A DNA stretch of 64,000 nucleotides from an uncultured delta proteobacterium (GCA_963785725.1 CAWAWS010000006.1:160001-224000), one strand, 5' to 3'; numbered from the stretch's first letter, positions 24,285 through 49,348 are shown. A program made the numbers and translations. Notes: a model not told the origin generated them from the sequence alone.

Positions 24285-24674
24285 ATGGCCGAAGTGAACA
24301 TTGAAACGATCATCGATTCGCTCTCGAACCTCACGGTCATGCAGATTGCTGACCTGACCAAGAAGCTCGAGGAGAAGTGGGGCGTCAAGGCGGCTCCGGT
24401 TGCGGTTGCGGCCGCGGGCGGCGGCGGCGGTGGCGCGGCTGCTCCGGCGGCGGCGGCTGAGCAGACGGAGTTCACCGTCATCCTCGCCAACGCGGGCGGC
24501 AACAAGATCCAGGTCATCAAGGCGATCCGCGAGATCACCAGCCTGGGCCTGAAGGAAGCGAAGGACCTCGTCGACGGCGCGCCGAAGGAGATCAAGGCCG
24601 GCGTCTCGAAGGACGACGCGGAGAGCATCAAGAAGAAGATTGCTGAAGCTGGCGGCACCGTCGAAGTCAAGTAA
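24285..24674 (+). CDS. rplL: 50S ribosomal protein L7/L12
   Basis: [35 protein letters not shown] at 24285. Confidence 0.97.
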   Translation: MAEVNIETIIDSLSNLTVMQIADLTKKLEEKWGVKAAPVAVAAAGGGGGGAAAPAAAAEQTEFTVILANAGGNKIQVIKAIREITSLGLKEAKDLVDGAPKEIKAGVSKDDAESIKKKIAEAGGTVEVK

Positions 24675-24744
24675 AACCGAGCGAAAAGGTCGACGATCTA
24701 TCGCTCGCGTGTCATAGCAGTAGCTTTCGTGAGGCCGTGCGTTG

Positions 24745-24775
24745 GGCCCAAAGGGATGATCTCGCCCTTTGGGCC
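24745..24775 (+). promoter_or_regulatory. Hairpin in rplL-rpoB spacer (possible attenuator or processing site)
   Basis: GGCCCAAAGGG-N9-CCCTTTGGGCC perfect 11-bp stem. Confidence 0.5.
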
Positions 24776-24815
24776 TTGCGCGCTTTCCCGGCAGGCCACA
24801 AGTGAAAGGGTCTAA

Positions 24816-28963
<4,148 letters not shown>

Positions 28964-29041
28964 GCAAGAGCCGATCTCGACCGTCGCAGCTAGATGGTTC
29001 GCGACGATGCTCTGACGGTCCAAGACTTGAGAGCGTAACAC

Positions 29042-33267
<4,226 letters not shown>

Positions 33268-33274
33268 ACGAATG

Positions 33275-33312
33275 GTCGCCGTGGCTGATTTCGGTCAGCC
33301 ACGGCGGCTTTT
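33275..33312 (+). terminator. Intrinsic terminator after rpoC
   Basis: GTCGCCGTGGCTGAT-TTCG-GTCAGCCACGGCGGC followed by TTTT. Confidence 0.8.
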
Positions 33313-33337
33313 GATTTCGGTGTCGACCGAATTCAAG

Positions 33338-33365
33338 TTGACACACAGTCGAAGACAAGTAGAAT
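33338..33365 (+). promoter_or_regulatory. sigma70 promoter of the str operon
   Basis: TTGACA-N16-TAGAAT upstream of rpsL. Confidence 0.8.
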
Positions 33366-33427
33366 GCCAGCCTCTCGCGTCGGGGCGATTTGCGCTCACG
33401 CTGAGACAATTGGGACCCAGATAAAAG

Positions 33428-33799
33428 ATGCCGACGATTAATCAGCTCGTGAAGTCCGGCCGCGATAAGCAGAAGCGCAAAACTGCGGCTCCTGCGCTCA
33501 AGGCTTGCCCGCAAAAGCGCGGCGTGTGCATTCGCGTGTACACCTCGACGCCGAAGAAGCCGAACTCGGCACTGCGTAAAGTCGCTCGCGTGCGCCTCAC
33601 CAACGGGATGGAAGTCACCAGCTACATCCCGGGCGAAGGCCACAACCTGCAGGAGCACTCGGTTTGCCTGATTCGTGGCGGCCGCGTGAAGGACTTGCCG
33701 GGCGTTCGTTATCACATCGTTCGCGGTACGCTGGACACGGCGGGCGTGACCAACCGTCGTCAGAGCCGCTCGAAGTACGGCGCGAAGCGCCCGAAGTAA
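33428..33799 (+). CDS. rpsL: 30S ribosomal protein S12
   Basis: [21 protein letters not shown]. Confidence 0.99.
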   Translation: MPTINQLVKSGRDKQKRKTAAPALKACPQKRGVCIRVYTSTPKKPNSALRKVARVRLTNGMEVTSYIPGEGHNLQEHSVCLIRGGRVKDLPGVRYHIVRGTLDTAGVTNRRQSRSKYGAKRPK

Positions 33800-33809
33800 G
33801 GACTAGCAG

Positions 33810-34298
33810 ATGCCGCGTAAGGGTGAAGTTCCGAAGCGTGACTCGCTTCCCGATCCGAAGTACACGGACGCTCCGATGGACGTGCGCAAGCGCGTCACGA
33901 AGTTCATGAACACGGTCATGAGCGACGGCAAGAAGTCGACGGCCGAAGCGATCGTGTACGGCGCGTTCAATCTCATCGAGAACCGCGCCAAGCAAGAGCC
34001 GCTCAAGGTCTTCGACACGGCGCTCAACAACGTCAAGCCGAAGCTGGAAGTCAAGTCGCGCCGCGTCGGTGGCTCGACTTACCAGGTTCCGGTCGACGTT
34101 CGCCCGGAGCGCAGCCAGGCGCTCGGCATGCGCTGGCTCGTGACCTACTCGCGCGATCGTGGCGAGAAGACGATGGTCGAGAAGCTCGCTGCCGAGATCC
34201 TCGATGCGTCGAACAACCGTGGCAACGCGGTGAAGAAGAAGGAAGATACGCACAAGATGGCGGAAGCGAACAAGGCGTTCGCCCACTATCGCTGGTAA
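33810..34298 (+). CDS. rpsG: 30S ribosomal protein S7
   Basis: [25 protein letters not shown]. Confidence 0.99.
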   Translation: MPRKGEVPKRDSLPDPKYTDAPMDVRKRVTKFMNTVMSDGKKSTAEAIVYGAFNLIENRAKQEPLKVFDTALNNVKPKLEVKSRRVGGSTYQVPVDVRPERSQALGMRWLVTYSRDRGEKTMVEKLAAEILDASNNRGNAVKKKEDTHKMAEANKAFAHYRW

Positions 34299-34306
34299 AG
34301 TAATCC

Positions 34307-34342
34307 GCGGCGCCGGGCGAGTGCTCGGCGCCGCTTGTTTTT
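34307..34342 (+). terminator. Terminator-like hairpin between rpsG and fusA
   Basis: GCGGCGCCGGGC-GAGT-GCTCGGCGCCGC followed by TTGTTTTT. Confidence 0.7.
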
Positions 34343-34497
34343 CGACATAGGGACTGAAGCAGCGAAGTCGTAGGGGTCCCGCTGGTTGATCGATGCGGTC
34401 TTTCGTCTAACGACGGCGGATCGCACCTACCAAGCAGCATCGCTCCTACCGCCTCAGCCCCGCCAAGACGTAAGGATTTCAGCGCGGCTGACGGCTC

Positions 34498-36603
<2,106 letters not shown>

Positions 36604-36627
36604 AGGGCGAAACAGGAGCCGCGAGAA

Positions 36628-37824
<1,197 letters not shown>

Positions 37825-37834
37825 GGGGTAACTG

Positions 37835-38143
<309 letters not shown>

Positions 38144-38151
38144 GGGACGTC

Positions 38152-38799
38152 ATGGCGAAGATCGAAGTCAAGAACCTGGAAGGCAAGAGCGTCGGATCGA
38201 TCGATCTCGACGACACCGTCTTCGGCGTCGACGTCAACGAGCATCTCCTTTGGGAGGTGGTCAAGGCTCAGCGCGCCAAGCGCCGCGTCGGCACGCACAG
38301 CACCAAGCGTCGTGACGAAGTCCGCGGCGGCGGCAAGAAGCCGTTCAAGCAGAAGGGCACCGGCAACGCCCGTCAGGGCTCGTCGCGCGCTCCGCATTGG
38401 GTCGGCGGCGGTAAGGTGTTCACGCCGAAGCCGCGCGACTACGAGTATCACGTGCCGAAGAAGGTGATGGCCGGCGCGTTGCGCTCCGCGCTGTCGCTGC
38501 GCGCCAAGGAGTCGAAGCTCGTCGTCATCGACAGCTTCACGCTCGACGCGCCCAAGACGAAGTCGGTCGTCAAGGTCATCGGCGCGCTCGGTGGCGGCTC
38601 GGCGCTCATCGTCGACGCGAAGAACGAGACGTTGAAGAAGTCGACGCTCAACCTGCCGAACGCCAAGTACCTGGCGACGGAAGGCCTGAACGTCTACGAC
38701 GTCCTCGATCACGAGACCCTGATCGTGACGCGCTCGACGCTGGACACGATCACCGCGCGCCTCAAGACGGTGCCGCGGTCTGAGGAAGGTGCAGCATGA
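38152..38799 (+). CDS. rplD: 50S ribosomal protein L4
   Basis: [19 protein letters not shown]. Confidence 0.98.
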   Translation: MAKIEVKNLEGKSVGSIDLDDTVFGVDVNEHLLWEVVKAQRAKRRVGTHSTKRRDEVRGGGKKPFKQKGTGNARQGSSRAPHWVGGGKVFTPKPRDYEYHVPKKVMAGALRSALSLRAKESKLVVIDSFTLDAPKTKSVVKVIGALGGGSALIVDAKNETLKKSTLNLPNAKYLATEGLNVYDVLDHETLIVTRSTLDTITARLKTVPRSEEGAA

Positions 38800-39128
38800 A
38801 CCGCCCCGCGCATCAGATCGTCAAGCGCCCGCTGCTGACGGAAAAGGGAACGCGCCTGAAGGACAACGGCGGCGCGCCCCCCGGCACGTTCAGCGAGGAA
38901 GCGCTCAAGCCGCAAGTGCTCTTCGAGGTCGCGTTGACGGCCAACAAGATCGAAATCAAGCAGGCGATCGAGTCGCTGTTCAGCGTCAAGGTCGTCGACG
39001 TCCACACGCAGATCATGCGTGGCAAGGACAAGCGCGTCGGTCGCTTCATGGGACGCCGTCCGAACTGGAAGAAAGCGATCGTGACGCTCGCCGCGGGCAA
39101 CAAGATCGAATTCTTCGAGGGAGTCTAG
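38796..39128 (+). CDS. rplW: 50S ribosomal protein L23
   Basis: [25 protein letters not shown]. Confidence 0.96.
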   Translation: MNRPAHQIVKRPLLTEKGTRLKDNGGAPPGTFSEEALKPQVLFEVALTANKIEIKQAIESLFSVKVVDVHTQIMRGKDKRVGRFMGRRPNWKKAIVTLAAGNKIEFFEGV

Positions 39129-39131
39129 GCT

Positions 39132-39959
39132 ATGAAAATCTACAAGCCAACGTCGCCCGGTCGTCGTGGCATGACCGGTTTCGACTTCGACGAGCTGACG
39201 CCGAACAAGGCGCCGGAGAAGTCGCTGCTCGAGCCCGCGCCGCGCACCGGCGGTCGTAACAACTACGGCCGCATCACGTCCCGTTTCATGGGCGGCGGTC
39301 ACAAGCAGCGCTACCGCATCATCGACTTCAAGCGCAACAAGACCGGCGTGCCGGCCAAGGTCGCCTCGATCGAGTACGACCCGAACCGCACCTGCCGCAT
39401 CGCGCTCTTGCATTACGCGGACGGCGAGAAGACGTACATCCTCGCGCCGGACAAGCTGGAAGTGGGCGACACGGTCATCAGCGCGTCGTCGGCCGACATC
39501 AAGCCGGGCAACTCGCTGCCGCTGCGTCACATTCCGCTGGGCACGACGATCCACAACGTCGAGCTGCAGATCGGCGCCGGCGGCCAGCTGGCGCGCTCGG
39601 CCGGCACCTCGGCGCAGATGATGGCCAAAGAAGGCGAGTGGGGCACCATCCGCTTGCCGTCGGGCGAAATGCGCCTCGTGCACCTCAACTGCCGCGCCAC
39701 CATCGGCGCGATCGGCAACTCCGACCACGCCAACGTGCAGTGGGGCAAGGCCGGTCGTATGCGCTGGATGGGCCAGCGTCCGCACAACCGCGGCGTCACG
39801 ATGAACCCGGTCGATCACCCGATGGGCGGCGGCGAAGGTCGCAGCTCCGGTGGTCGTCATCCGTGCTCGCCTTGGGGCATGCCGACCAAGGGCTACAAGA
39901 CGCGCACGAACAAGACCACGGACAAGTTCATCGTCCGTCGTCGTGGCCAGAAGGGTTAA
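39132..39959 (+). CDS. rplB: 50S ribosomal protein L2
   Basis: [19 protein letters not shown]. Confidence 0.99.
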   Translation: MKIYKPTSPGRRGMTGFDFDELTPNKAPEKSLLEPAPRTGGRNNYGRITSRFMGGGHKQRYRIIDFKRNKTGVPAKVASIEYDPNRTCRIALLHYADGEKTYILAPDKLEVGDTVISASSADIKPGNSLPLRHIPLGTTIHNVELQIGAGGQLARSAGTSAQMMAKEGEWGTIRLPSGEMRLVHLNCRATIGAIGNSDHANVQWGKAGRMRWMGQRPHNRGVTMNPVDHPMGGGEGRSSGGRHPCSPWGMPTKGYKTRTNKTTDKFIVRRRGQKG

Positions 39960-39968
39960 GGGTAAGCC

Positions 39969-40292
39969 ATGGCTCGCAGTGTAAAAAAAGGTCCGTTCAT
40001 CGATAAGAGCCTCCTGAACAAGGTGCTCGAAGCGCAGCGGACGAAGTCGAAGAAGGTCATCAAGACCTGGTCGCGCCGCTCGACGGTGTTGCCGGAGATG
40101 GTCGGCCTCACGTTCGCGGTGCATCAGGGCAAGAAGTTCGTGCCCGTGTTCGTCACCGAGAACATGGTCGGTCACAAGATGGGCGAGTTCGCCCCGACCC
40201 GTACGTTCCACGGCCACTCCGGCGACCGCAAAGCGGCCAAGCCGGCGGGTGGTGGCGCGCCGGGCGGTGCCAAACCCGCGGCAGCTAAGTAA
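39969..40292 (+). CDS. rpsS: 30S ribosomal protein S19
   Basis: [20 protein letters not shown]. Confidence 0.98.
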   Translation: MARSVKKGPFIDKSLLNKVLEAQRTKSKKVIKTWSRRSTVLPEMVGLTFAVHQGKKFVPVFVTENMVGHKMGEFAPTRTFHGHSGDRKAAKPAGGGAPGGAKPAAAK

Positions 40293-40404
40293 CCAAGTAG
40301 CGAATTGGCTTGCCCCGACAGGGGTGTTGTGATAATAGCAACGCCCTTGTTCCCGTATCCCCATTGGATGCGGCAAGCGTTTGACTGGAAAAGGATTTTT
40401 CACG

Positions 40405-40737
40405 ATGGAAGCGAGAGCTGTCGTTCGCCACGTTCGCATGTCGCCGCGCAAGATGCGTGTCGTCGCCAACTTGGTCCGCGGCAAGCGCGTGGATGAGGCG
40501 ATGTCGATGTTGAAGCTGATGCCGAAGAAGGGCGCTACGGTCATCCGTAAGCTTCTCATCTCGGCCGTGGCCAATGCCGAGCACGCCGGCATCAACGACG
40601 TCGATCAGCTCACCATTAGCGACTGCAACGTGGACAACGGGCCGATTCTGAAGCGGTGGATGCCGCGTTCGATGGGCCGCGCCAACCGCGTCAACCACCG
40701 CACCAGCCACGTCACCGTGCGCGTGGTCGAGGCCTAA
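40405..40737 (+). CDS. rplV: 50S ribosomal protein L22
   Basis: [29 protein letters not shown] at 40405. Confidence 0.97.
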   Translation: MEARAVVRHVRMSPRKMRVVANLVRGKRVDEAMSMLKLMPKKGATVIRKLLISAVANAEHAGINDVDQLTISDCNVDNGPILKRWMPRSMGRANRVNHRTSHVTVRVVEA

Positions 40738-40746
40738 GGAAATCGT

Positions 40747-41409
<663 letters not shown>

Positions 41410-41424
41410 AGGGTACGTGCTGCC

Positions 41425-41841
41425 ATGATGTCCCCTAAGCGAACTAAGTTCCGCAAAGCGCACAAGAGCCGTATGCGCGGCGCTGCCAAGGGCGGCGACA
41501 CCATCGCGTTCGGCGACTTCGGTCTGCAGGCGATGGAATGCGGTTGGATCACGTCGCGGCAGATCGAAGCCGCGCGTATCGCGATGACCCGCCACATCAA
41601 GCGCGGTGGCAAGGTCTACATCCGCATCTTCCCGGATAAGCCGATCACGAAGAAGCCGGCCGAGACCCGAATGGGTAAAGGTAAGGGCGGTAACGAGGGC
41701 TGGGTGGCCGTCGTTCGTCCGGGCCGCGTGATGTACGAGATCGAAGGCGTCGACGAGAAGCTGGCGCGCGAGGCGTTCCATCTCGCGCACCACAAGCTGC
41801 CGATCCCGACCCGCATGGTCTCCCGCGAAGGTGTGTTGTAA
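41425..41841 (+). CDS. rplP: 50S ribosomal protein L16
   Basis: [18 protein letters not shown]. Confidence 0.99.
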   Translation: MMSPKRTKFRKAHKSRMRGAAKGGDTIAFGDFGLQAMECGWITSRQIEAARIAMTRHIKRGGKVYIRIFPDKPITKKPAETRMGKGKGGNEGWVAVVRPGRVMYEIEGVDEKLAREAFHLAHHKLPIPTRMVSREGVL

Positions 41842-42089
41842 TGAAGACCGCGGCATTGATTTCGGGCATTCGCGAGTCGAGCGACACCGAGCTCAAAGAG
41901 CGTATCAAGCGTCTCGAGGAGGAGCTGTTTCAGCACCGCCTCAAGCGCTTCACGAATCAGCTCGAGAACACGAACTTGATCCGCAGCGCGCGTCGCGAGA
42001 TTGCCCGCTGCCGCACCGTGCTGTCCGCGCGCGCCCTCGGAAACGACTCGGCGCAGGCCAAGACCGCGACGGCAGAGGTGGAGAAGTAG
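41841..42089 (+). CDS. rpmC: 50S ribosomal protein L29
   Basis: ELFQHRL...[15 protein letters not shown]; position in operon. Confidence 0.93.
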   Translation: MKTAALISGIRESSDTELKERIKRLEEELFQHRLKRFTNQLENTNLIRSARREIARCRTVLSARALGNDSAQAKTATAEVEK

Positions 42090-42091
42090 CC

Positions 42092-42388
42092 ATGGCCGAT
42101 ACTACCAATCAGCCTGCCGAGTCGAAGCGTAACTCGGCGCGCCGCGAGCTTGTCGGGACGGTCACGTCGGACAAGATGCAGAAGACGGTCGTTGTCATCG
42201 TCACGCATCGCGTTCGCTCGACGCAGTACAAGAAGTACATGACTAAGCGCGTGAAGTACAAAGCGCACGACGAGAAGAACGAGTATCACGTGGGCGACCG
42301 CGTGCTGATCGCCGAGTCGCGCCCGCTGTCGAAGGACAAGCGGTGGCGCGTCGAGAAGTTGGTCGAGCGCGCGCGCGAAGCGCAGTAA
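42092..42388 (+). CDS. rpsQ: 30S ribosomal protein S17
   Basis: [27 protein letters not shown] at 42092. Confidence 0.97.
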   Translation: MADTTNQPAESKRNSARRELVGTVTSDKMQKTVVVIVTHRVRSTQYKKYMTKRVKYKAHDEKNEYHVGDRVLIAESRPLSKDKRWRVEKLVERAREAQ

Positions 42389-42405
42389 GCGACGGAGACG
42401 AGACT

Positions 42406-42774
42406 ATGGTTCAGATGCAAACGGTCTTGGACGTCGCCGACAACTCGGGCGCCAAGAAGGTCATGTGCATCAAGGTCCTCGGTGGCTCGAAGCGTAAGTA
42501 CGCTTCGATTGGCGACGTCATTGTCGTCTCCATCCGTGAGGCGATTCCGCAGGCCAAGGTCAAGAAGGGCGACGTGGCCAAAGCGGTGATCGTTCGGACC
42601 AAGAAGGAAATCGCCCGCGCCGACGGCAGCTACATCCGCTTCGACGGCAACTCGGCGGTTCTCATCAACAAGGACAACGAGCCGATCGGGACGCGTATCT
42701 TCGGACCCGTTGCTCGTGAATTGCGCGCGAAGAAGTTCATGAAGATCATCTCGCTCGCTCCTGAGGTGCTCTAA
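42406..42774 (+). CDS. rplN: 50S ribosomal protein L14
   Basis: [23 protein letters not shown] at 42406. Confidence 0.99.
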   Translation: MVQMQTVLDVADNSGAKKVMCIKVLGGSKRKYASIGDVIVVSIREAIPQAKVKKGDVAKAVIVRTKKEIARADGSYIRFDGNSAVLINKDNEPIGTRIFGPVARELRAKKFMKIISLAPEVL

Positions 42775-43091
42775 TGGATCGCATTCGCAAGGGCGACACG
42801 GTCGTCGTCACGGCCGGCAAAGAGAAGGGCAAGCGGGGCAAGGTCCTGCAGATCCTTCAGAAGTCGAACCGCGTCGTGATCGAGCGTCTGATGATGGTCA
42901 AGCGGCACACGAAGCCGTCGCAGACGAATCCGCAGGGCGGCATCATCGAGAAGGAAGGTTCGATCCACATCTCGAACGTGATGCCGGTCGACCCGGGCTC
43001 GGACAAGCCGACGCGCGTCAAAGTGAAGATCGAGAACGGAGTCCGCAGCCGCGTTGGCAAGTCGGGCACCGTGATCGAGGCGGCGAAGTAA
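42774..43091 (+). CDS. rplX: 50S ribosomal protein L24
   Basis: KGDTVVV.AGKEKGKRG, EGSIHISNV. Confidence 0.98.
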   Translation: MDRIRKGDTVVVTAGKEKGKRGKVLQILQKSNRVVIERLMMVKRHTKPSQTNPQGGIIEKEGSIHISNVMPVDPGSDKPTRVKVKIENGVRSRVGKSGTVIEAAK

Positions 43092-43157
43092 GCGTTTCAT
43101 TAACCGGTCCGAGACCTGCTGCGGGTTGGCTGCGGCGGAAACGGACGGAGTGAGAGA

Positions 43158-43886
43158 ATGGCGGACGATAAGAAGAAGAAAGGCGGCGGCGGCGACGACG
43201 GGGCCAAGCAGGCGCCGAAGGCCAAGCCGCAGCTGGACGAGGCGGAGATCGCCAAGAAGCGCGCCGAGCGCGCGGCGAAGAAGTCGGGCAAAGGCGGCGC
43301 CGCCGGCGCCGAGGCTGCCGAAGTCCAGCAGGGCGAGAAGCCGGGTCCGGCCCGTCTGCGCCTCCAGTTCGAGAAGGAGATCCTGCCTGCGCTGCAGAAG
43401 GAGCTCGGTCTCAAGAACGTGATGGAAGTGCCGCGGCTCAAGAAGATCACCATCAACATGGGCTTGGGCGAGGCGATCTCGAACCCCAAGATCATGGACA
43501 GCGCCGTCGAGGAGCTCCGCGCGATCTCCGGCCAGTCGCCGGTGGTGACGAAGGCGAAGAAGTCGATCGCCACCTTCAAGCTGCGTGAAGGCCAGAAGAT
43601 CGGCGCCATGGTCACCCTGCGCCGCGAGCGTATGTGGGAGTTCATGGATCGCCTGGTCACGCTGGCTCTGCCGCGCGTCCGCGACTTCAAGGGCGTCTCG
43701 CCGAAGGCGTTCGACGGCCGTGGAAATTACTCGCTCGGTGTTCGCGAGCAGATCATTTTTCCCGAGATCAACTTCGACCAGGTCGACAAGATCAAGGGTA
43801 TGAACATTTCGATCGTGACCTCCGCGCGCACCGACGATCAGGGTCGGGCGTTGTTGAAGGCACTCGGAATGCCGTTTAGGAGCTAG
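43158..43886 (+). CDS. rplE: 50S ribosomal protein L5 with N-terminal extension
   Basis: [26 protein letters not shown]. Confidence 0.97.
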   Translation: MADDKKKKGGGGDDGAKQAPKAKPQLDEAEIAKKRAERAAKKSGKGGAAGAEAAEVQQGEKPGPARLRLQFEKEILPALQKELGLKNVMEVPRLKKITINMGLGEAISNPKIMDSAVEELRAISGQSPVVTKAKKSIATFKLREGQKIGAMVTLRRERMWEFMDRLVTLALPRVRDFKGVSPKAFDGRGNYSLGVREQIIFPEINFDQVDKIKGMNISIVTSARTDDQGRALLKALGMPFRS

Positions 43887-43888
43887 TC

Positions 43889-44068
43889 ATGGCGCGTCTG
43901 TCTCAGATGATCGAGCGTAAGCGGAAGTTCAAAGTCCGCGAGCGCAATCGTTGCCCGCAGTGTGGCCGGCCCCGTGCGTTCATTCGCAAGTTTCGGCTGT
44001 GCCGTCTGTGCTTCCGTCAACTCGCGCTGCGTGGTGATATCCCCGGCGTCGTGAAGTCGAGCTGGTAG
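43889..44068 (+). CDS. rpsN: 30S ribosomal protein S14 (type Z, Zn-binding)
   Basis: [25 protein letters not shown]...PGVVKSSW, translated by hand. Confidence 0.96.
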   Translation: MARLSQMIERKRKFKVRERNRCPQCGRPRAFIRKFRLCRLCFRQLALRGDIPGVVKSSW

Positions 44069-44071
44069 ACC

Positions 44072-44463
44072 ATGACTGATCCGATCGCAGATATGCTCAC
44101 GCGCATCCGCAACGCCATCACGGCGCGGAAGGCGAAAGTTCTGATGCCGTCTTCGAAGATGAAGCAGCGCATCGCCGAGGTCCTCCACGCGGAGGGCTTC
44201 GTCGGCGCGATTGCGCACGAAGAAGACGACAAGCAGGGCGTGCTCTCCATCGAGCTGCGCTATGACTCCAACAACGACAACGCCATCCAGGGCCTGCGTC
44301 GCGTTTCGAAGCCGGGACAGCGCAGCTACGTGCGGCACACGAACCTGCCGCGCGTTCGCTCGGGGCTCGGCATCGCCATCGTCACGACGTCCAAGGGCGT
44401 CATGACGGGCGCCGAAGCGACGAAGCAGGGGCTCGGCGGCGAGCTCCTCGCAGAGGTCTGGTA

Positions 44464-44464
<1 letters not shown>
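44072..44464 (+). CDS. rpsH: 30S ribosomal protein S8
   Basis: [13 protein letters not shown]. Confidence 0.99.
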
Positions 44465-45000
<536 letters not shown>

Positions 45001-45009
45001 GGACTAGTC

Positions 45010-45372
45010 ATGCCGAAAACGCAAATCGAGAAGCGCGAGCGGCGCAAGCACAGCATCCGCAAGAAGGTCTCGGGAACGGCCGAGCGTCCGCGGTTGACGG
45101 TGTTCCGCTCGTCGAAGCATATGTACGCGCAGGTCGTGAACGACGACTTGCATCAGACGATCGCGACGGCCTCCACCCTCGACGAGCAGCTCAAGGGCTC
45201 GCTGACGGGGCTCAAGAAGTCGGAGAAGGCGAAGAAGATCGGCGCGGCGATTGCCGAGCGGCTCAAGGCCAAGGGCATCGACAAGGTGGTCTTCGATCGC
45301 AACGGGTACATCTACCACGGGCGCATTCTCGCCCTCGCCGATGCCGCTCGCGAAGCGGGCCTGAAGTTCTAA
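45010..45372 (+). CDS. rplR: 50S ribosomal protein L18
   Basis: [21 protein letters not shown]. Confidence 0.98.
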   Translation: MPKTQIEKRERRKHSIRKKVSGTAERPRLTVFRSSKHMYAQVVNDDLHQTIATASTLDEQLKGSLTGLKKSEKAKKIGAAIAERLKAKGIDKVVFDRNGYIYHGRILALADAAREAGLKF

Positions 45373-45385
45373 GGGAGCCGACTGA

Positions 45386-45886
45386 ATGGCAATCAACATG
45401 AATGACGTCGGCGAGCTCGTCGACCGCGTGGTCTACATCAACCGCGTCGCCAAGGTCGTCAAGGGCGGCCGTCGCTTCTCGTTCTCGGCGCTCGTCGTCG
45501 TGGGCGATCAGAACGGCTACGTCGGCGCGGGCCTCGGCAAGGCGAACGAAGTGCCGGAAGCGATCCGCAAGGGCACGGAGCAGGCCAAGAAGAACCTGTT
45601 CAAGATTCCGCTGTCGAAGGGCACGATTCCGCACGAAGTGCTCGGCAAGTTCGGCGCCGGCAAGGTTCTGCTGAAGCCGGCCACCGAAGGTACCGGCGTC
45701 ATCGCCGGCGGCGCGGTGCGTAACGTGCTCGAAGTGGCGGGCGTTCAGAACATCCTGTCGAAGTGCATCGGCACGTCGAACCCGCACAACGTCATTCACG
45801 CGACCGTGCAAGCGCTGGAGCAGCTGCGCTCGCCGGAAGAGGCCTTGCGCGCGCGCGGCAAGACTCTCGAGTCGCTGCAAGCGTAA
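45386..45886 (+). CDS. rpsE: 30S ribosomal protein S5
   Basis: [19 protein letters not shown]. Confidence 0.99.
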   Translation: MAINMNDVGELVDRVVYINRVAKVVKGGRRFSFSALVVVGDQNGYVGAGLGKANEVPEAIRKGTEQAKKNLFKIPLSKGTIPHEVLGKFGAGKVLLKPATEGTGVIAGGAVRNVLEVAGVQNILSKCIGTSNPHNVIHATVQALEQLRSPEEALRARGKTLESLQA

Positions 45887-45898
45887 CGGAGAACTACG

Positions 45899-46084
45899 AT
45901 GGCGCTCAAGCTCAAGCTCACGCTGGTCCGTTCGGGAATCAATCGTCCCGAGCGCCAGAAGTTGACGATCAAGGGCCTCGGCCTGACGCGGATGAACAAG
46001 ACGGTCGTGCTCAATGACACGCCGGCGATCCGCGGAATGATTCGTAAAGTCTCGCACCTGGTGAAGGTCGAGGCCGCGGAGTAA
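45899..46084 (+). CDS. rpmD: 50S ribosomal protein L30
   Basis: LGL..MNKTV...[16 protein letters not shown]. Confidence 0.97.
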   Translation: MALKLKLTLVRSGINRPERQKLTIKGLGLTRMNKTVVLNDTPAIRGMIRKVSHLVKVEAAE

Positions 46085-46086
46085 TC

Positions 46087-46575
46087 ATGGGAACGACACT
46101 GCATACGCTGAAGCCCAACGAGGGCGCAGTTCGCAACAAGAAGCGTCTTGGCCGCGGTCACGGCTCGGGTCTGCACAAGACCTCGGGTAAGGGCCAAAAA
46201 GGTCAGAAGGCGCGCACCGGCCACCACGGCATCCCGAAGCCGGGGTTCGAGGGTGGTCAGACGGCGATGTCGCGTCGTCTGCCGAAGCGCGGCTTCACCA
46301 ACGCGCGCTTCAAGAAGGACATCACGTCGGTGAACATCGGCGACATCGGCGCTCGTTTCGAGAGCGGCGAAGTCACCATCGAGGCGCTCAAAGAGAAGGG
46401 GCTGGTTCGCCGGTCCGCGACGCTCGTCAAGGTCTTGGGAGATGGGGACTTTTCCGCCAAGCTGACGATTGTTGCGCACTATTTCTCTTCCAGTGCTAAA
46501 GAAAAGCTCGAGAAGGCGGGCGGTACTGCGCGCATCCTCGAGCAGGTCAAGGAAGCCGCACCCGCCGCACGGTAA
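46087..46575 (+). CDS. rplO: 50S ribosomal protein L15
   Basis: GRGHGSG, GFEGGQ, RLPKRGF. Confidence 0.98.
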   Translation: MGTTLHTLKPNEGAVRNKKRLGRGHGSGLHKTSGKGQKGQKARTGHHGIPKPGFEGGQTAMSRRLPKRGFTNARFKKDITSVNIGDIGARFESGEVTIEALKEKGLVRRSATLVKVLGDGDFSAKLTIVAHYFSSSAKEKLEKAGGTARILEQVKEAAPAAR

Positions 46576-46589
46576 CGTAAGGAGTCGCG

Positions 46590-47930
46590 GTGGCCTCGAG
46601 CATCAGCAATATCATCAAGATCCCGGAGCTGCGTAAACGCATTGCGTTCACGCTCGGCCTGCTGGCGGTCTATCGTGTAGGCATCTTCGTCTCCACGCCG
46701 GGCGCAAACCGCTCGGTGATGAAGCAGGTCATGCGTGCCTCTTCGGGCACGTTCCTCGGCCTCTTCAACATGTTCTCGGGCGGCGCGCTCGAGCAGCTGT
46801 CGATCTTCGCCCTCGGCATCATGCCGTACATCTCGGCGTCGATCATTTTGCAGCTGCTCACCGTCGTCGTGCCGGCGCTCGAGCGGCTGCAGAAAGAAGG
46901 GCAGCAAGGGCAGAAGAAGATCAACCAGTACACGCGTTACGGCACGATCGTGCTGTCGCTGGTGCAGGCGTACTTCATCGCCCGGCTCTTCGAATCCTAC
47001 AATCGCACGTACGGTCAGTTCGGCACCGTCGTCGCGCATCCGGGGCTCAGCTTCGAGCTCTTGACGATGATTTCGCTCACCACCGGCACGGCCTTCATCA
47101 TGTGGCTGGGCGAGCAGATCACCGAGCGCGGCATCGGCAACGGCATCTCGCTCATCATCTTCGCCGGCATCGTCGCGGGCTTCCCGGACGCCGTCGTGCG
47201 CTTGATGCAGAAGTCGACGCAGACGGGCGATCTGAACGCGTTCGATCTCTTCTTGATCCTCGCCATCGTCGTCGGCGTGATCATGGTGATCATCTTCTTC
47301 GAGCGCGGGCAGCGGAAGATTCCGGTGCAGTACGCCAAGCGCGTCGTCGGCCGCAAGATGTACGGCGGTCAGTCGACGCACTTGCCGCTCAAGGTGAACG
47401 TCGCCGGCGTCATTCCGCCGATCTTCGCCTCGTCGATCTTGATGTTCCCGGCGCAGCTCGCGAGCTACGTGCAGACGCCGTGGATGCAGAAGATCACCGA
47501 CGTGCTGCAGCCGGGCGACTGGCGCTACAACCTCATGTACGTCGGCTTGACCGTGTTCTTCTGCTACTTCTACACGGCCGTCACGTTCAATCCCGTCGAC
47601 GTCGCCGACAACATGAAGAAGTACGGCGGCTTCATCCCCGGTATTCGCCCGGGTCGCGCGACGGCGGAGTACATCGACAAGGTGCTGACGCGCTTGACGT
47701 TCGGCGGCGCGCTCTATATCTCGGCCGTGTGCGTGTTGCCGTCGTTCATGCAGCAGAAGTTCCACGTGCCGTTCTCGTTCGGTGGCACGGGTCTGCTCAT
47801 CGTCGTCGGCGTGGCGCTCGATACCGTGCAGCAGATCGAGTCGCACCTCATCACGCGTAACTACGAAGGCTTCACCGGGCCGAAGGGACCGCGCATTCGC
47901 GGCCGCGCTACGGCAAGGCAGCGGGCGTGA
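46590..47930 (+). CDS. secY: Preprotein translocase subunit SecY
   Basis: [31 protein letters not shown]. Confidence 0.99.
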   Translation: MASSISNIIKIPELRKRIAFTLGLLAVYRVGIFVSTPGANRSVMKQVMRASSGTFLGLFNMFSGGALEQLSIFALGIMPYISASIILQLLTVVVPALERLQKEGQQGQKKINQYTRYGTIVLSLVQAYFIARLFESYNRTYGQFGTVVAHPGLSFELLTMISLTTGTAFIMWLGEQITERGIGNGISLIIFAGIVAGFPDAVVRLMQKSTQTGDLNAFDLFLILAIVVGVIMVIIFFERGQRKIPVQYAKRVVGRKMYGGQSTHLPLKVNVAGVIPPIFASSILMFPAQLASYVQTPWMQKITDVLQPGDWRYNLMYVGLTVFFCYFYTAVTFNPVDVADNMKKYGGFIPGIRPGRATAEYIDKVLTRLTFGGALYISAVCVLPSFMQQKFHVPFSFGGTGLLIVVGVALDTVQQIESHLITRNYEGFTGPKGPRIRGRATARQRA

Positions 47931-48592
47931 GCGCGAACGTCGGGGAGCGCAACCTGATCCTGCTCGGCGCCGCGGGCGCGGGCAAAGGAACTCAGGCGCA
48001 AAAGCTGGCTGCGCGCTTCGGCATTCCGCAGATCTCGACCGGCGACATGTTGCGGGCGGCGCGTCGCGAAGGCACGCCGCTCGGCCGTAAAGCCGAAGAA
48101 TACATGAACGCGGGCAAGCTCGTTCCCGACGAGGTCGTCATTGGCCTCGTCGAGGAGCGTTTGCAGCAGCCGGACGCGCAAGGCGGCTTCATCCTCGACG
48201 GCTTTCCGCGCACGATTCCGCAGGCCGAAGCGCTCGACGCCGTGCTGCAGAAGCTCGGTCGGGCGCAGCTGCGCGTCATCGACGTGCAGGTCCCCGAAGC
48301 GACGCTCAAGGAGCGGCTCGGCGGTCGGCTGTCGTGCCCGAAAGACGGCGCGTCCTACCACCTCAAGTTCTCGCCGCCGAAGCAGCCGGGCGTGTGCGAC
48401 ATCGACGGGACGGCCCTCATCGTGCGCGCCGATGACCAGCCGGAAGCGATCGCCAAGCGGCTCGCCGAGTATCACGAGAAGACGGCGCCGCTCGCGGGCT
48501 ACTACCAGAAGGCGGGCGAGCTGCGCGTCGTCGATGGCGTCGGTGAAGTCGAGGTCGTGCTCGACCGCATCGTCCGCGCGCTTGGCGAATAA
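47927..48592 (+). CDS. adk: Adenylate kinase
   Basis: [27 protein letters not shown]. Confidence 0.98.
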   Translation: MSANVGERNLILLGAAGAGKGTQAQKLAARFGIPQISTGDMLRAARREGTPLGRKAEEYMNAGKLVPDEVVIGLVEERLQQPDAQGGFILDGFPRTIPQAEALDAVLQKLGRAQLRVIDVQVPEATLKERLGGRLSCPKDGASYHLKFSPPKQPGVCDIDGTALIVRADDQPEAIAKRLAEYHEKTAPLAGYYQKAGELRVVDGVGEVEVVLDRIVRALGE

Positions 48593-48595
48593 TCG

Positions 48596-49348
48596 ATGAA
48601 GATCTTCCACAAGACGCCGGACGAGATCGAGAAGCTGCGCGCGGTCAATTTGATCGTGGCGGCGGTGCTCGATGCGTGCGAAGCCGCGTGCAAGCCGGGC
48701 GCGACGACGTGGGATCTGAATCAGATCGCCGACGCGAAGATGAAAGAGCTCGGCGGAACGTCGGCATTCTTGGGCTATCACGGCTATCCGGCGGTGTTGT
48801 GCACGTCGGTCAATGAAGTCGTCGTGCACGGTATTCCGCGCAAGGACCTCGTCCTCAAGGACGGCGACGTCATCGGCGTCGACTTCGGCTGCTTCCGCGA
48901 AGGCTTTTGCGGCGACTCCGCGCGCACGATCCCGATCGGCAAAGCGACGGACGAGGCGCTCAAGCTGCTGGCGGCGACCAAGCAGTCGCTCGAGCTGGCC
49001 ATCGAGCAGTGTAAGCCGGGCAATCGGCTGCAGGACATCGGCTGGGCGGTGCAGTCGCACGTCGAGCCGCTCGGCTACTCGGTGGTGCGCACGTTCGTCG
49101 GTCACGGCATCGGGCGCGCGATGCACGAAGATCCGCCGGTCCCGAACTACGGCTCGCCGGGCAAGGGGCTGCGGCTGAAGCCGGGTTGGGTGTTGGCGAT
49201 CGAGCCGATGGTGAACGCCGGCAGCCACGAAGTAGAAGTGCTCGCGGACGGGTGGACAGCGGTCACGAAAGATCGCAAGTTATCTGCGCATTTCGAGCAT
49301 TCGGTGGCGATCATGGAAGACGGCCCGCTGGTGTTGAGCCGGCCGTAG
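48596..49348 (+). CDS. map: Methionine aminopeptidase type I
   Basis: [27 protein letters not shown]. Confidence 0.98.
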   Translation: MKIFHKTPDEIEKLRAVNLIVAAVLDACEAACKPGATTWDLNQIADAKMKELGGTSAFLGYHGYPAVLCTSVNEVVVHGIPRKDLVLKDGDVIGVDFGCFREGFCGDSARTIPIGKATDEALKLLAATKQSLELAIEQCKPGNRLQDIGWAVQSHVEPLGYSVVRTFVGHGIGRAMHEDPPVPNYGSPGKGLRLKPGWVLAIEPMVNAGSHEVEVLADGWTAVTKDRKLSAHFEHSVAIMEDGPLVLSRP

